DNA of 63,920 bases, the filler included, from Reticulomyxa filosa (lineage: Eukaryota > Protista > Foraminifera), in NCBI GenBank assembly GCA_000512085.1. It is 19 parts of 19 records of this genome, joined end to end, with 100 filler letters (N's around TTAATTAATTAA, not from the genome) between each part and the next. Parts side by side here need not be neighbours in the genome. Positions count along the whole stretch, not along the records: positions 37,741 to 41,999 come from ASPP01024915.1; positions 42,100 to 45,096 come from ASPP01011415.1; positions 45,197 to 46,610 come from ASPP01028220.1; positions 46,711 to 47,757 come from ASPP01046481.1; positions 47,858 to 51,661 come from ASPP01009353.1; 14 more parts are not named here. One strand, given 5' to 3'. Position numbers and translations under genes: made by a program. The notes beneath the pieces were generated by a model, which saw nothing but the letters and a program-made list of their open reading frames with translations, searched no databases and was not told where the DNA came from. Within the stretch, counting starts at the first letter, position 1. Each line of letters starts with the position of its first letter. Below are positions 39,274 through 51,637 of this stretch, one piece after another.

Positions 39274-40649
39274 TCACAAAATATAAATTGGACCATTATT
39301 TGAACCATAGCACAAATTAATACTGCATCCACTATCTTTATATCTTTTCATATTTTTCTTTAATTGTATGAATTTAAGGCACATTATTCCATCATATACA
39401 TCATTGTTTATTTGATCATATGCAATTCTTCTTTATTTGAGCGAATATCCCAAAAACGAATTGTATTATCACCTGATCCAGAACATATAACATTTGAATT
39501 TCCACTAACTTTATTGCTTAATACAAGTGGCGAATATTCAACAGTATTCACCCAATTTGTATGTCCTTTGAACACTTGACTTTGTTGATTAGATCGAAGG
39601 TCCCATAAACGAACACTTTTATCTTCTGATCCAGATAATATCGTATTTGCACCACCATTAACTCCTAATTCATTTGATCCATATTTTACACTTGTAATCC
39701 TTCGTTTATGCCCTTTGAATACAATAAATTTTTTGAGCGTTTCAATATCCCATACGAGAATAGTTTTATCATCTGATCCAGAACAAATAGTATATCCATT
39801 ACCACCAATCACACCAATACTATTACTTTTATCATTATTGTTGTTATTGCTTTGCAATGGCGAAATATCTATGCACGAAACACCATTTTCATATCCATTA
39901 AAAACGTGTAACAATTTGTATGTTTCAACATCCCATAAACGAATAGTTCTATCATATGATCCAGAGCACAAATATCTACCACAATGAAATTGTGAAAATT
40001 CAATGCAATGGACACTGTTTGTATGTGCACTGATTATTTGCAATTGTTGATTGTCTTTTAGATCCCAAAAACGAATGATGTAATTACTTGATGCAGAACA
40101 AATAACATTACTATGATTATTATAATGATGATATTGTGAAAATTTTACACAATTCACATAATGTGAACGTTCATTGAATAATTGAATTTGTTCATTAGTC
40201 TCCGCATCCCATACACGAATTGTTGTATCGCATGATCCAGAACAAATGAGTTGATTATCTCCAAATGTTGAATAATCAATACTTTTCACCCAACTTTTGT
40301 GTCCAGTGAGAGTTTTGGGTAATTTAGGTGATGAACAAAAAATCTCAAACATAAAGAAGTTAGCTGACTATATTAATTGTGAACAACAAATATTTTTCGT
40401 TGAATAAAATAATAATAAATAAACTTAACATATTTAAGAATAAATCTGTCAAAATCCTGTATCCATCCTAATTTAATGTTCGATATTCGAATCCAATGCT
40501 TGATAATTATTTTGGTTTCTTCTTCTGTCGACAGATAGATCTTAAACATACAGCCAAGTCTTAAAAGGCAGTTCTTTCTGAATGATTGAAATGAAACTTA
40601 CCATTATTGGTTGTGTTGGTGGCACGTCTTTACTGACAGGATTGCCCAT
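39274..40649 (-). CDS. WD40-repeat protein of a lineage-expanded family (apparent frameshift at ~39410)
   Basis: Repeated GH...ICSGS.D.TIR.WD units; signature NSIGVIGGNGYTICSGS; terminal GIMCLKF...LCYGSNNGPIYIL lies in a shifted frame. Confidence 0.92.
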
Positions 40650-41188
40650 TTTTTAACGAAATTTAAAACTTGGAGCTTTTCTATCCATAAAGGGCTTGCC
40701 AAACTACTTTGACAAAATACAGATCAATTTTTATTATGTTTATGATTTTTGTAATGCTAAAATAAAAAAACATTTCCAATGGAATTTAATCACTTTTTCA
40801 ATGCTATTTTCGCCAATTTTAAATTTGTGCTTGATGTAAAAGAAGAACTTTAAAACTCGTCATTACAAGGATTTGAAGCTTGTACGAACATACTTTTTAA
40901 AAGTGTTACAGAGAATTGTAAACGTTTAGTACTTTTACTGATATAAAAACCATTAATTGAATTAATTCGAATATAAAATTATTTATTAATCTGAAGCTAT
41001 GACAAACGGAGAATGTTTTTAAAATGTGGAAATCCGTCATGCACGGCAGTCAGGTCTGAATGGATAGAATAAAACTGAACTGAAAGGTAAAGAACACTCA
41101 CCACAACTGAGAAAAAATGTCAAATTAGAGAATAAAAAAATTCTATTCTTCCTCGTGATTGAATATAGTAAACAGTAGAGGATTCAAC

Positions 41189-41961
41189 ATGTCCCTACGA
41201 TTTAGTGCTTCCAAAAATAGTTTTGGAAACGAATCGAAAAAGAGTTCTGACCACTTTGACAAAGAAATTTTGCTCCAAGACACAGAGAGTGCCGTTGACA
41301 CAATGAGCTCAGCGTGCATTGATGACAATGCCAATACATTTGTTGGAACAGCCGAAAGCAATAATATTGACTCAGAGAAATTCAAGCTGTCTGTTCAAGA
41401 TATTCTGCAAATGTCTGATCAATCAATTGCGGAATATCTGAAAGCAAGTGAAAAGCAAGCAAATAAGAAATCAAAGAAACGACCACCTGTTGGCCGAAAA
41501 ATACCTCAATCGCGCAATCCATTAAAAAAAAATGCACGAGGCAAAAACAAGAAAAATGAAACAAAGAAAATACAAAACAAGAAGCCGAAGCCGCAGTGGG
41601 ATGTATGCCATTTATGTTGTTGTTATCGATGTCCATGAGTGGCTGACAGTGCAGTCACAAATCGTGTGTTGTTGTTTTTAAAAATGAGAACAGAGCAGCG
41701 CTGTCGACGCAAAAGAATATAAATTGTCTCCAAAAAAAGTAGTTAAGTGCACTACAAACGTTTTTCGTTTTTTTTTTTTTTTGGTATGCGTTTTTGACTC
41801 CGTTTCTCCACACATGCAAATAACCGAGTACAACAGTTGGAGAAAAAGTTGCAGTTTGTCTCAAAGCATCGACATTATGCCAAGGAATTGGTAAACGAAC
41901 AAAAAAAAAGAAATGGTGCGTCACTGCACACAGTCCATTTTTTTTTTTTTTTTGTGATCCG

Positions 41962-41999
<38 letters not shown>
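41189..41999 (+). CDS. Unknown protein, 5' exons (Lys-rich, KPQWD motif)
   Basis: ATG ORF ending at a GTATG donor (~41603), with a plausible second exon ~41837-41915. Confidence 0.45.
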
Positions 42000-43510
42000 N
42001 NNNNNNNNNNNNNNNNNNNNNNNNNNNNNNNNNNNNNNNNNNNTTAATTAATTAANNNNNNNNNNNNNNNNNNNNNNNNNNNNNNNNNNNNNNNNNNNNT
42101 TATTTTAAAAATAATAAATATGCTTTAATCAAATAAGCTGAAGTTGTTTATAAGTATTTGCGTGGAGATGTTTAAATAGAAAAACACAAAAACATTGCAA
42201 TTCTCTGTTTGTCGATTTTAGTCAAAAAAACAAAGAGTAGTTTTGTTTTTTTCATTAACCTACTTTGTAAAATTATTTTTGCCTGACAAAAAACCTTTTT
42301 TGAGAAAAAAATAATATGAAAAAAAAGGTTTTAATGAGCTGTTAATTGATGCAAACGTCTGAAAATCGATAGTAATCTTTTTGTAGTCAAAAAATGCTTC
42401 GATTAAAGCATCGTTTCACGTGGTACCATTTCTTTAAAAATGTGTTTACACGGAAAGTGTCCAAAATATTTGTGATGTAATAGCTGGTTCGATAATAAAT
42501 GTTTAGAAAATGTCAAAATTCTTTTTTTTTTGTGCACGAGACCAGAATTGAAACGTATATATTGTTGTGCATGAGCCAAAATTCAAGCTGGAAATTGTTC
42601 ATAGTTTTTTTCCGCGCACCAAATAATAATTGCGAAAAAAGCCGCCAAATACGTATACACCCAAACGTGGACTAATTTTAGTTTTTTGTTTAAAAAATTA
42701 TGGAATTAAAGACCGTACTTACCACACGCTTGTTGAACGGATAGCAACATTTTCCCTTCCAAGTGCACAAATGCGTCAATCTAGGTCTCGTTTTCATCAT
42801 ATCACCGTCGAGGCACCTTCGAGTCAACAAACTGAATATTTTCATTTGATTTAAAATTTATTATGTAAAATCACAACAAGTTTTAATTTTGTGCAGCTGT
42901 AAAAATTCAAAAATACTAATACTATGCTCTACTAAAAGCTATTTATTTTGTAACGGTAAAAAAGAAAAAATACATTGCTTACTAAAAAAGCTCAAATTAT
43001 TTCAAAAGTTAGAAAATAGTTTTGAGAACTTTTATTGAAGTCTTCTTTGTTATATCAAAGATAGTCAACAATTGCAATTGTTTGATGGGTATACTGTAGT
43101 GAGACTACTTACGTCACAATGGAGTCAGTATAACTCCAAATGTACAAAGTTGTTTCTTTTTAATTTAAGTTTAAAAAACGCATTCTTACTTTTCTTAAAA
43201 CGTGCTTTTCTGCTCCAGGTCCTCTACAATGCTAGTAATAATTTAATGATTGTACTATTCGTTTATGTACATTTTTACTTTTTGATATGAAATCATTGCT
43301 GCATCTTTCATTCAAAGATTAATTATTTCATAATTATAAATAACAAACTTCTGTAAAAATGATTGAAAAATACTTTAATTTAAAAAAATAATGATATCTT
43401 TGTTGCTTTTTAAATATTTTTTTAATTCAATTACAACGCAAAAAATAAGCAGAAAAGCAAAAAAATTGCGCGTAAAAAGAATACGAAAAAATTAAAATTT
43501 CGTGAAATGG

Positions 43511-43640
43511 TGTAGTGATACATGAGTCATAACTGACTCCAGAGTTGTAATAACTCAACTCATCAAACATTCACTCTTTTTATTCTCAATTTTCTTATAC
43601 GTTTAATTTAGCTGAGCTCTCTTTCTTGCATCTCTCTACA
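43511..43640 (+). mobile_element. 130-bp solo-LTR-like insertion with a 4-bp target-site duplication (ATGG)
   Basis: ATGG|TGTAGTGA...TCTCTACA|ATGG; caactca..ttcactc block shared with the other copies. Confidence 0.75.
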
Positions 43641-44212
43641 ATGGACTACCAATAAATTTAAAAAACGCAAAAAAAAACCCGAATTTGCAAAGAGAAAACA
43701 AAAAAATTCAAAAAATCAATAAGCAAAATGCTAATGTCATAGAAAATAATTAAAATGTTTGTAATTGACAAAAAATTGTAGAAAAAAATGAAAATGCATT
43801 TGGAAACACTCGAAGATTCGTAGATATTTTTTAAAAAAGATTTTTGAAAAATGTTGATTTTGACTTAGAAAATCGATCATCTTCATAAGGTGAGATTTTA
43901 ATGTATCAGGACTTTTGTCCATACATATATGTACAGTAGTTTTAAGTAGCAACACAAATAAACAGACTAAGTGCTGTATTGCCATTTGAATAATAGAAAA
44001 AGATTTTAATTCTCTTTTCTTCTTCAGTCTAGAATATTTTCTGAAAATACTTGTAGGAAATGAATTCAGCTACGAGAAAGTGTAATACGAAAGTTGCGTT
44101 CATTTGAGCCACATTTTCAGAAAACTAAGTTGAATAGAGCAAGAAAAGAAGAATTCTGCCATCGATCAATGGAACCTCCATACAGTTGTAACACTCTCGT
44201 AGTTGCACAAGA

Positions 44213-45096
44213 CTACAATTCGGTAACTGTAAGTGCCAAAAAACCATATTCAATTTTCTTTTTCCCCTCTCCTAACACAACAATATTATCTTCAGTGGCT
44301 TCTAGTTGATCTGTTCGCTTTGTTTTTGACTTTTCAAGAGTGTATGTAATAGTTGCTCGACACTCGAACAAGTTGTAGCAATCGACTTCATACGACTGCT
44401 TGCACCCTGGACAATTGATTTTTTCTTCAATTTCCTCATACAATGGGTAGATCTTATCACCAAATCCTCTTTCGGTGATCACCTTCTGACCGTACGCATC
44501 GCAGCTTCTATTCTTACAAGTTCCTTCATAATTCAATCCTGGAAACACTTTGTAATACTTAAAAGGGGATTTATCGGCCTTTACTATTTGGCGGCTTCGA
44601 ATATCCGATTCCATTAACCCACCTTTGTTGTGCACCAACACATCGTCCGCAAAAAAGTTGTGCCCATCGCAAAGTTATAAACAATCAACAACAACAAAAA
44701 AAACTACATTTCAAAGAGTTGTTCTTCCATTCCAAATCCAGAGTGTCCCTAATTATTGCTTTTACATCTGCCACGGTCATTGTTTTCTCCACTTTTATTT
44801 GCTTTGGGTTAACACCTCCCATTACACTACATAGAAATGGATCATCACTTTTTTTTGCATTATTACAATTTTTATTTAGCAATGGCATTATTTGTTCGCT
44901 ATAGCTCGTATGATAAGCATTGAAGATCTGAGTAGCAGTGATTTTGGGAATATTAAGTTGTATAAGATCATCCACTTGTACTACATAACTTATAAAAGTT
45001 TTACCATCGATTGCATTGCTCTTAAATGCGGTAGCTACGATATCTTTATATTTCTCTGCCACTTGAAACTTTGCCCAGTCTTTTTTTTTTTTTTTT
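44213..45096 (-). CDS. SAM-like + ubiquitin-like + Hint(C-terminal motif) + Cys-rich Zn-domain protein; frame-disrupted, 5' truncated
   Basis: AFKSNAIDGKTF...DDLIQLNI (SAM); QIKVEKTMTVADVKAII (Ubl); VYNF/DGHNFFADDVLVHN; KGG; GLNYEGTCKNRSC...GFG...CPGC. Confidence 0.7.
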
Positions 45097-45739
45097 NNNN
45101 NNNNNNNNNNNNNNNNNNNNNNNNNNNNNNNNNNNNNNNNTTAATTAATTAANNNNNNNNNNNNNNNNNNNNNNNNNNNNNNNNNNNNNNNNNNNNGTAA
45201 CCTAACAGTGTTGACAAAGGTCTTTTTGAGAGTTCACTTGAATAATACTTTGTTGCAACCGAAAGAGTGTCGCCACTTTTCAAGTCTAGCACACTTGACA
45301 TTTTTAGCTGGTCTAATCAAACAAAGAGTTTTTTATTTGAGAGCGAGTTTTGTCCCTTACAACTTTTTTAAACCAATTTGAGTTCTACACAAACAAGACA
45401 AACTCTAAATGAAAAGTTAGTAAAAAACGAAGCGAATGGGAAGAATTAAAATAAATTTAAAGGGGTTGATGAAAAGATCAACGACAGGACAAGAGAGGTA
45501 CTTAAAAAAAATATAAAACAAAAAGACGAAATCTCTAATAGTTTGCTCTTGATTCAGTATAGAATTATTGACAAATTTATATATGCATTTGAGACTGCTG
45601 AAATAAAAACTGAAAAGGTCTTTTTGTCAAATTGAAAACAAACTTTGACCATCTTTTTCAAAGTTTCTTCTAACGCAAACTTCGAAAGCACGTCAAGGGA
45701 CTCCAATAATACGAACATTAACAATCAATTATAGATAAT

Positions 45740-46610
45740 ATGAGTGTTCGAATTCGGAATGGATCCTACTTACGTGGACGGGGTGTGGGAAAAAGGCGAA
45801 GGAGTGGAATGAATAAAGGATGGAATGACTCCAAATGTTATGTGTATTTGCGATTTGAGTGGCGTGCTGTTTGTCACTACTGAAGTCCAAAAAAATTAAA
45901 CACACATATGTATATTAGTCGGCAAGCACCTAGCGGAGCAACAATCATCCGTGGACGAAAATTCGGCAGAAAGCCGTCGCAAAGAAAGATTGAAAGATAA
46001 ATTGGAAAGTAAGAAGCAAATAGACAGTCAAGACGCACTCTTTGGATTTGAGCGTTTCGAGTCGGGGCCAGCACGTGAAGGATGGCTGCTCAATGTGGAA
46101 CCAGTTAACTTGTGTGCAGCAGCTGTGTGTGTGTGTGTGTGTGTATGAGGAAACAAAAAAACAAAAGAAGGTTTTAATTTTTTTTTTTTTAAAAAAAGTG
46201 CTTTCACAAAGCACATTTTGCAATATAATATGAAATGTATACATTTTGGTGGGATGAAATATAGATAACAGTGCCACATCCTGAGACAGGTGAAGAGCAA
46301 ACAGGATGTGACTTTTATTTTCTACAAGAAGATGGTGAGACATTTAAATCATCAATGATATCCAATCCTTATTTCTACCTTTGCTGCAATGTATCATTTT
46401 GTTGTTGTTTTTTTTTTTTTTTCTCAAAAAAAAAAAAAATGAGACAAACATGTCAATCAAGAAAAAGGGGGGGGGGGTACTCTACAAAAAAAAAAAAATT
46501 ATATATGTATATATGTATATGTATATGCATTTAAAACAATATGACAATATAACATTTTTTTTTTTACTAAAAAAAAAAAAAAAAAACGACCGAAAGTATT
46601 GAATAGCAAT
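45740..46610 (+). CDS. POLE: DNA polymerase epsilon catalytic subunit, N-terminal exons
   Basis: DALFGFERF...REGWLLN..P / DFYFLQEDGETFK.....PYFY matches the Pol2/POLE1 N-terminus. Confidence 0.9.
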
Positions 46611-46710
46611 NNNNNNNNNNNNNNNNNNNNNNNNNNNNNNNNNNNNNNNNNNNNTTAATTAATTAANNNNNNNNNNNNNNNNNNNNNNNNNNNNNNNNNN
46701 NNNNNNNNNN

Positions 46711-46743
<33 letters not shown>

Positions 46744-47757
46744 GGAGGAAAAAACCACAGAATAATGATCCCCTTTTTTGTCTTAAGCAAAGTGAAACTG
46801 TTGCTTTTTCTCCATCGGTCAATTCTTTGGATAAACCGAAATCAGTGAGACAAGCATGACCAGCTTGGTCCAACAAAATATTTTCAGGCTTTAGGTCTCT
46901 GTAGATAATATCAAAGGAATGCAAATGCCCTAATGCCATACCAACCTCGGCGACAAAAAATCGTGCTTGCTCGAGCGAAAAGCGTTTGACGGTCTTCAAG
47001 TGAAAGAACAACTCGCCGCCTCGGTAATAATCCAACACAAAGTACAACTTCGAGTCCGTTTGAAAGGCATAGCGCAAATGCATCAAAAATGGGTGGTCCA
47101 TCGATCGCAAGATACTGCGCTCCGCATTCGTGTGCTCCACTTGCTGCTTCGCGATCAGCGCCTTCTTTTTCAAGATTTTCATCGCAAATAGGTCGTCTTC
47201 ATCTTTTTTTTTCACTTTTTTTTTTTTTTTAAATAAAAAAAAAAAAACATTTACATAAAAAGAGGGTTCTATTAAATGCAAAGGTTCAAACTATCAAAAA
47301 AGTTCAATATCCAAATCATTTTGAAATGATTTTTTTTTTTTTTTTAAAAAGGGACCATTTTTTCGGAATATAAATGAATTACTTTTGCTTTCCCTCTCCC
47401 TCCTTCCTCATTTAATCAAATAAAGCACTTCACACCTAACATGACCTTGCCGAATGACCCTCGTCCGATCACTTTCAGAAACTCAAAGTCGTCGGGTTGA
47501 ATCTTTTGGGTTTCATTGCAAACAAGTGAACCAAAAAAAAAAAAAAAAATATGCATATATATCCACATTTTTTTTTTTTGGAGGACAGAGCAGTGGACTG
47601 AAAGAAACATTTCATTAGGTCATACTTTCTCTTTGCTATTCATTAAGTTCGTAGTAACGTTTGCACCTTTGGCATCGTTCACTTCCTCTTCTATATTTTC
47701 TTTGCCTAGTAATTCTTTATACCGTTTCAGTCGCTCCTCACGTGTCTTTTTTTTTTT
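46711..47757 (-). CDS. AGC-family Ser/Thr kinase (Akt/SGK/S6K-like), internal fragment
   Basis: DFEFLKVIGRGSFGKVML, FAMKILKK, HPFLMHLRYAFQT..KLYFVLDY..GGELFFHL, YRDLKPENILLD, TDFGLSKE. Confidence 0.95.
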
Positions 47758-47857
47758 NNNNNNNNNNNNNNNNNNNNNNNNNNNNNNNNNNNNNNNNNNN
47801 NTTAATTAATTAANNNNNNNNNNNNNNNNNNNNNNNNNNNNNNNNNNNNNNNNNNNN

Positions 47858-47894
<37 letters not shown>

Positions 47895-47896
<2 letters not shown>

Positions 47897-48465
47897 AGTG
47901 AACTAATATTTTGTGGCTGGTACACACCTGAAGACACGGCAGATGTACGTAACAAGACCAGTTTTATTCGCGACCCGAATCCCAATTCCAAAGCGAAGGG
48001 CTTCCAACGGGGGGGCGTACGCACCGAATTTGAAGATGTGATAATCGATTCCAGACTCGCGAACAAACCTCCTGAAGCCAATGCCGCATACGCACGTATT
48101 CGCGTTTGGAAAGACTGCCACGCACGCAAGTACTATGATTGTCTGTGCAATTGTCGCAAGCCTGTTCAAGACTTGACCAAAATCAAACGCCATGTCCTGT
48201 CACATGATCAAAAGAATTTCCAGTGTGACGTCTGTGGTCGTGTCTTTCATAAAAATCACTTGCAGTTTTGTTGTTTTTTTTTTTTTTTTGAGTGGTCCAC
48301 TTTTTTTAATAATAATAATAATAAAATCACAGAATTTTTATGTTATACAATACATATATGTATATATAAACAAATTGGCAAAGACTAAATGCTCACAAGA
48401 AAACTCATAAAGAGGGTCCTAAAAAAAGAGGCCTTGCAGAAATGATGCAAGAAAAATTGGAGTAA
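47895..48465 (+). CDS. C2H2 zinc-finger protein, C-terminal part
   Basis: CLCNC...IKRHVLSH and FQCDVCGRVFHKNHLQ-(intron)-LNAHKKTH. Confidence 0.75.
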
Positions 48466-49303
48466 AAAAAAAAAAATAAAATAAAAAAATAAAAATAAAA
48501 ATTGTTATGTTAATTAGTTTGCTCTTAAAAAGATAATAAGTGATTGTTTTTCATCTTCGTTTATGTGTTTTGTTTGAAGGTATTTTTGGTGCGATTTTGT
48601 TTTGTTTTTTTTTCTGTTGTTTGTTTGTATTCATCACTCTCTGATGGTTTTACAGAAAAGAACAAGAAAAAATATTTTTTTTTTAGAAAGAAATTGAACC
48701 ACTCTTTCCCATCTTTGTGCCGAGTATCTTCGTTTATTTTTTATTTCACATTCTTTTGTCTTGTTGTGTGTCTTTTTGCTTTTGTTTGCTCGTTTTTCTC
48801 ATTTTTTTTCTTCCTCCTATCCACAATCGATTTGGTATGGTTGATATCAATATGTTTTCTAACAAATGCAAACGATCTAAATTTGTACGAGACAAATTCC
48901 ACAAAAAATATTTTTGAAGAATTGTGATTGATATTTTTAACAGTTTGGGCATTGAAATCATATTTGTGAAATGTCTTTTTGAAGATTAGTGTCAATTAAT
49001 TAATGTGTTGGCCATGCATACCGCACTGAGCAAATTACAAGCATTGTGTGGTTAATGAAATTGTATGCGGTGTTGTAAAATTCTGAAGAATGGAACACTT
49101 TGTATACTCTCCTTGCAAAATATTGAACATTAGTTTTTAAAAGTATAAGCCAGGATTTTTGTATTGATCGAGTGGCGATTAAAAAAAATTTAAAAAATGA
49201 AGAAATGCAGAAGTTTTCTTTTTCAACGCTGAAGTACCCCCCAAAACCATAATCAATACTTGTGTTTTAAAAAAAAAGTTGTCATAGCAACTTCATTGTA
49301 TCG

Positions 49304-49858
49304 ATGAATGGGCTGTTCTTGTTGGCACTGTATGGAGCGTCGTTTGGGCTTTTATTGTTCAATTGGTTGACGTCTTGCAACAAGCAATGCGCTCCGCGAG
49401 TGTTGTTTGAGCACAAGTACCAATACGTGATAAGGGACTTGCTGTACAACGGGCTTCGAGCGGACGTGTTCGACCCAAGAACAGATTGGACACATGTGGA
49501 ATCGATGCACCACTTACGAGAAGCTTGCCGGAACACATGGGAGTGGTCACTGATAAGTGAGGGTCTGACCGAGCCGTCATTGGTAAGCGCGCACATCCTA
49601 ACGCAGCATACATTTGAAGTGGAGAGTAACTGGTTGGGCAAGCAGTGTTACCGGTGTCTGGTGAACGAGTGGCGCGACGACAAAGAGATAAGCGAATTGT
49701 TGCACGAAATGAACAAACTGGGCGAGTACATACAGACTGTGTGTCGCTTCGAAAGCATTGTGCGAGAGCAAGAGAAGGAAACTTGGGAAGAGTACCTAAT
49801 CAACAACAATAATAATAACTATAACAATGATGATTATAATGATAACAGTAATAATGAC

Positions 49859-49895
<37 letters not shown>

Positions 49896-51637
49896 CAAAA
49901 TTAAATGATCCAATACTAATTGTGGGTGCATCATCGGCTGGATTGATTCAAGCGCTTGCAATGATAAAGTCGGGTATGTTTGGTGTGCCAAAGATGGGAC
50001 GAAGTAGTATACGTATCCTCGACAAGCGATGGACGTACGATCGGGACCAGTGGTTTGACTTGATCGAAGAGCCGTTTTTCCATTCGATGACGACGTTGCG
50101 ACAATCGCTGGGTTTCCACACGCAGTACAGCGCGAATGTTCACGTCGACAGTCGCAGCCACCCGCGCGTGGTCGACGTGGTGTTGCTGCCGGCGCAAGTA
50201 TTGGAGCGCTTCCTCGCAAAAACGGCATGGATTGTGGGCGTGGATATTTCGTACGGCCACGAGTTCATTGGCTATTGCAGCGACATGTCCAACGTCGCGG
50301 TTATTTTGGATCACAATCAAATCAACTTTGAATCTCTATCATCATCATCATCATCGTCGTCGTCGTCGCTGTTGACGACAATACCACAAGCTTGGGATTG
50401 CAACCATCTTCAAAGAAGCATTGGTAAAAAAAGTGGTCGCGACAACAAAGTACCTTGGTTTGTCACGCATGCGCGCAATGCAAGTGCGCACTACTTGTTT
50501 GCATTTTCCATCTTAATCGGCGCTGATGGCACACATAGTGCTGTACGCACAGTGTATCGCATGGGATGGAAGTCACATAGGATTGTGAATCTGACTGACC
50601 ATATCATTGGATCGATCGAAGAACAAGTACAAACACAAGGACAACACAAGCAACCAACATTTGCAGAGATTCCCAACTTATCACAGATTTCACTGCTAAT
50701 AAATCTAAAGCCCACAGGATCGCATGCAATTGAGTCGAATGCCGACACTGGACGCAATTGTCCGGCCCTGCGGATTGGTAGCGATGGACAACCGATCGAC
50801 CCTTGGGCGGTGTCATTCCATGTCCCCGGGATTGACAGCGTGTTTAAGCGGTTTTATTGGAATGACTGCCAAATGCAAATCCTGCTGCGCAACGACATGG
50901 GCGCCTTTGTGTTTAATCACTCCGACGTTCAAGGTCACAGCGACAATGCCGTTTGGAATGTCGTATCCATGTTGGTTCTCAAGACCACGCAGTTTTACTT
51001 GTTGCATCCTCCGTCGTCTGTTGAAGAGCTGAAGAAAAAGTATCTCCTATCTATGAAGCGTACTGACAGTAATGATGATAGCAATAGCAATAGCAATAGC
51101 AATAGCTTGAATGCTGATGTTTTAATATTAAAAAATGAAATTTTGACGCCCGAATTTACCTTCAAAAAATTGTCGGCCAGTCCTTTTGTGTATGTTCAGC
51201 TGGTGGGGGATGCGGCCATGAGGGCGCACTATAGGCTGGGTGTAGGGATTAACACCATCTTGGATGGTTGGGATCGGTATGTCCTATGGTATGCTCGCTG
51301 GGCGCGATGGCATGGATATCACAATCCCCTTGTCTTGGAACAGTTCTTTCAGCAGTATGTGTCGTGGTATGACAGTCGCTTGGCTGATTTGGTCCAATAC
51401 CAAATCTCAACCATCTTTGTTGAGAGCTATTGCCAAATGATTGTCTTCTTTGATTATGATGTCATGCAACAGCGTCGGCGGATCAACGACGCACAAATCT
51501 TTTGGTTCAGAGACCATATACACCGTGATTACTTGCCAAGCACTTTATCTGTCCAGAGCAAATTCTTGTTGGATTGTATTCGAGCTAGTAATGGCACCAT
51601 TGCACACTCTTATAAATCTTCTCCACTTACTAAATAA
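49304..51637 (+). CDS. Intronless FAD-dependent monooxygenase-fold protein, MICAL-like, with N-terminal signal/anchor
   Basis: ILIVGASSAGL, ILDKR..Y.R, LERFLAKTAWIVGVDISYG, ILIGADG, LVGDA...G.GIN. Confidence 0.75.

Noticed and set aside
49800-49895. (AAT)n tracts here and at ~36870 and ~55010
   Set aside because: Poly-Asn microsatellites are common in AT-rich protist genes; the antisense poly-Ile/Tyr ORFs are shadows.
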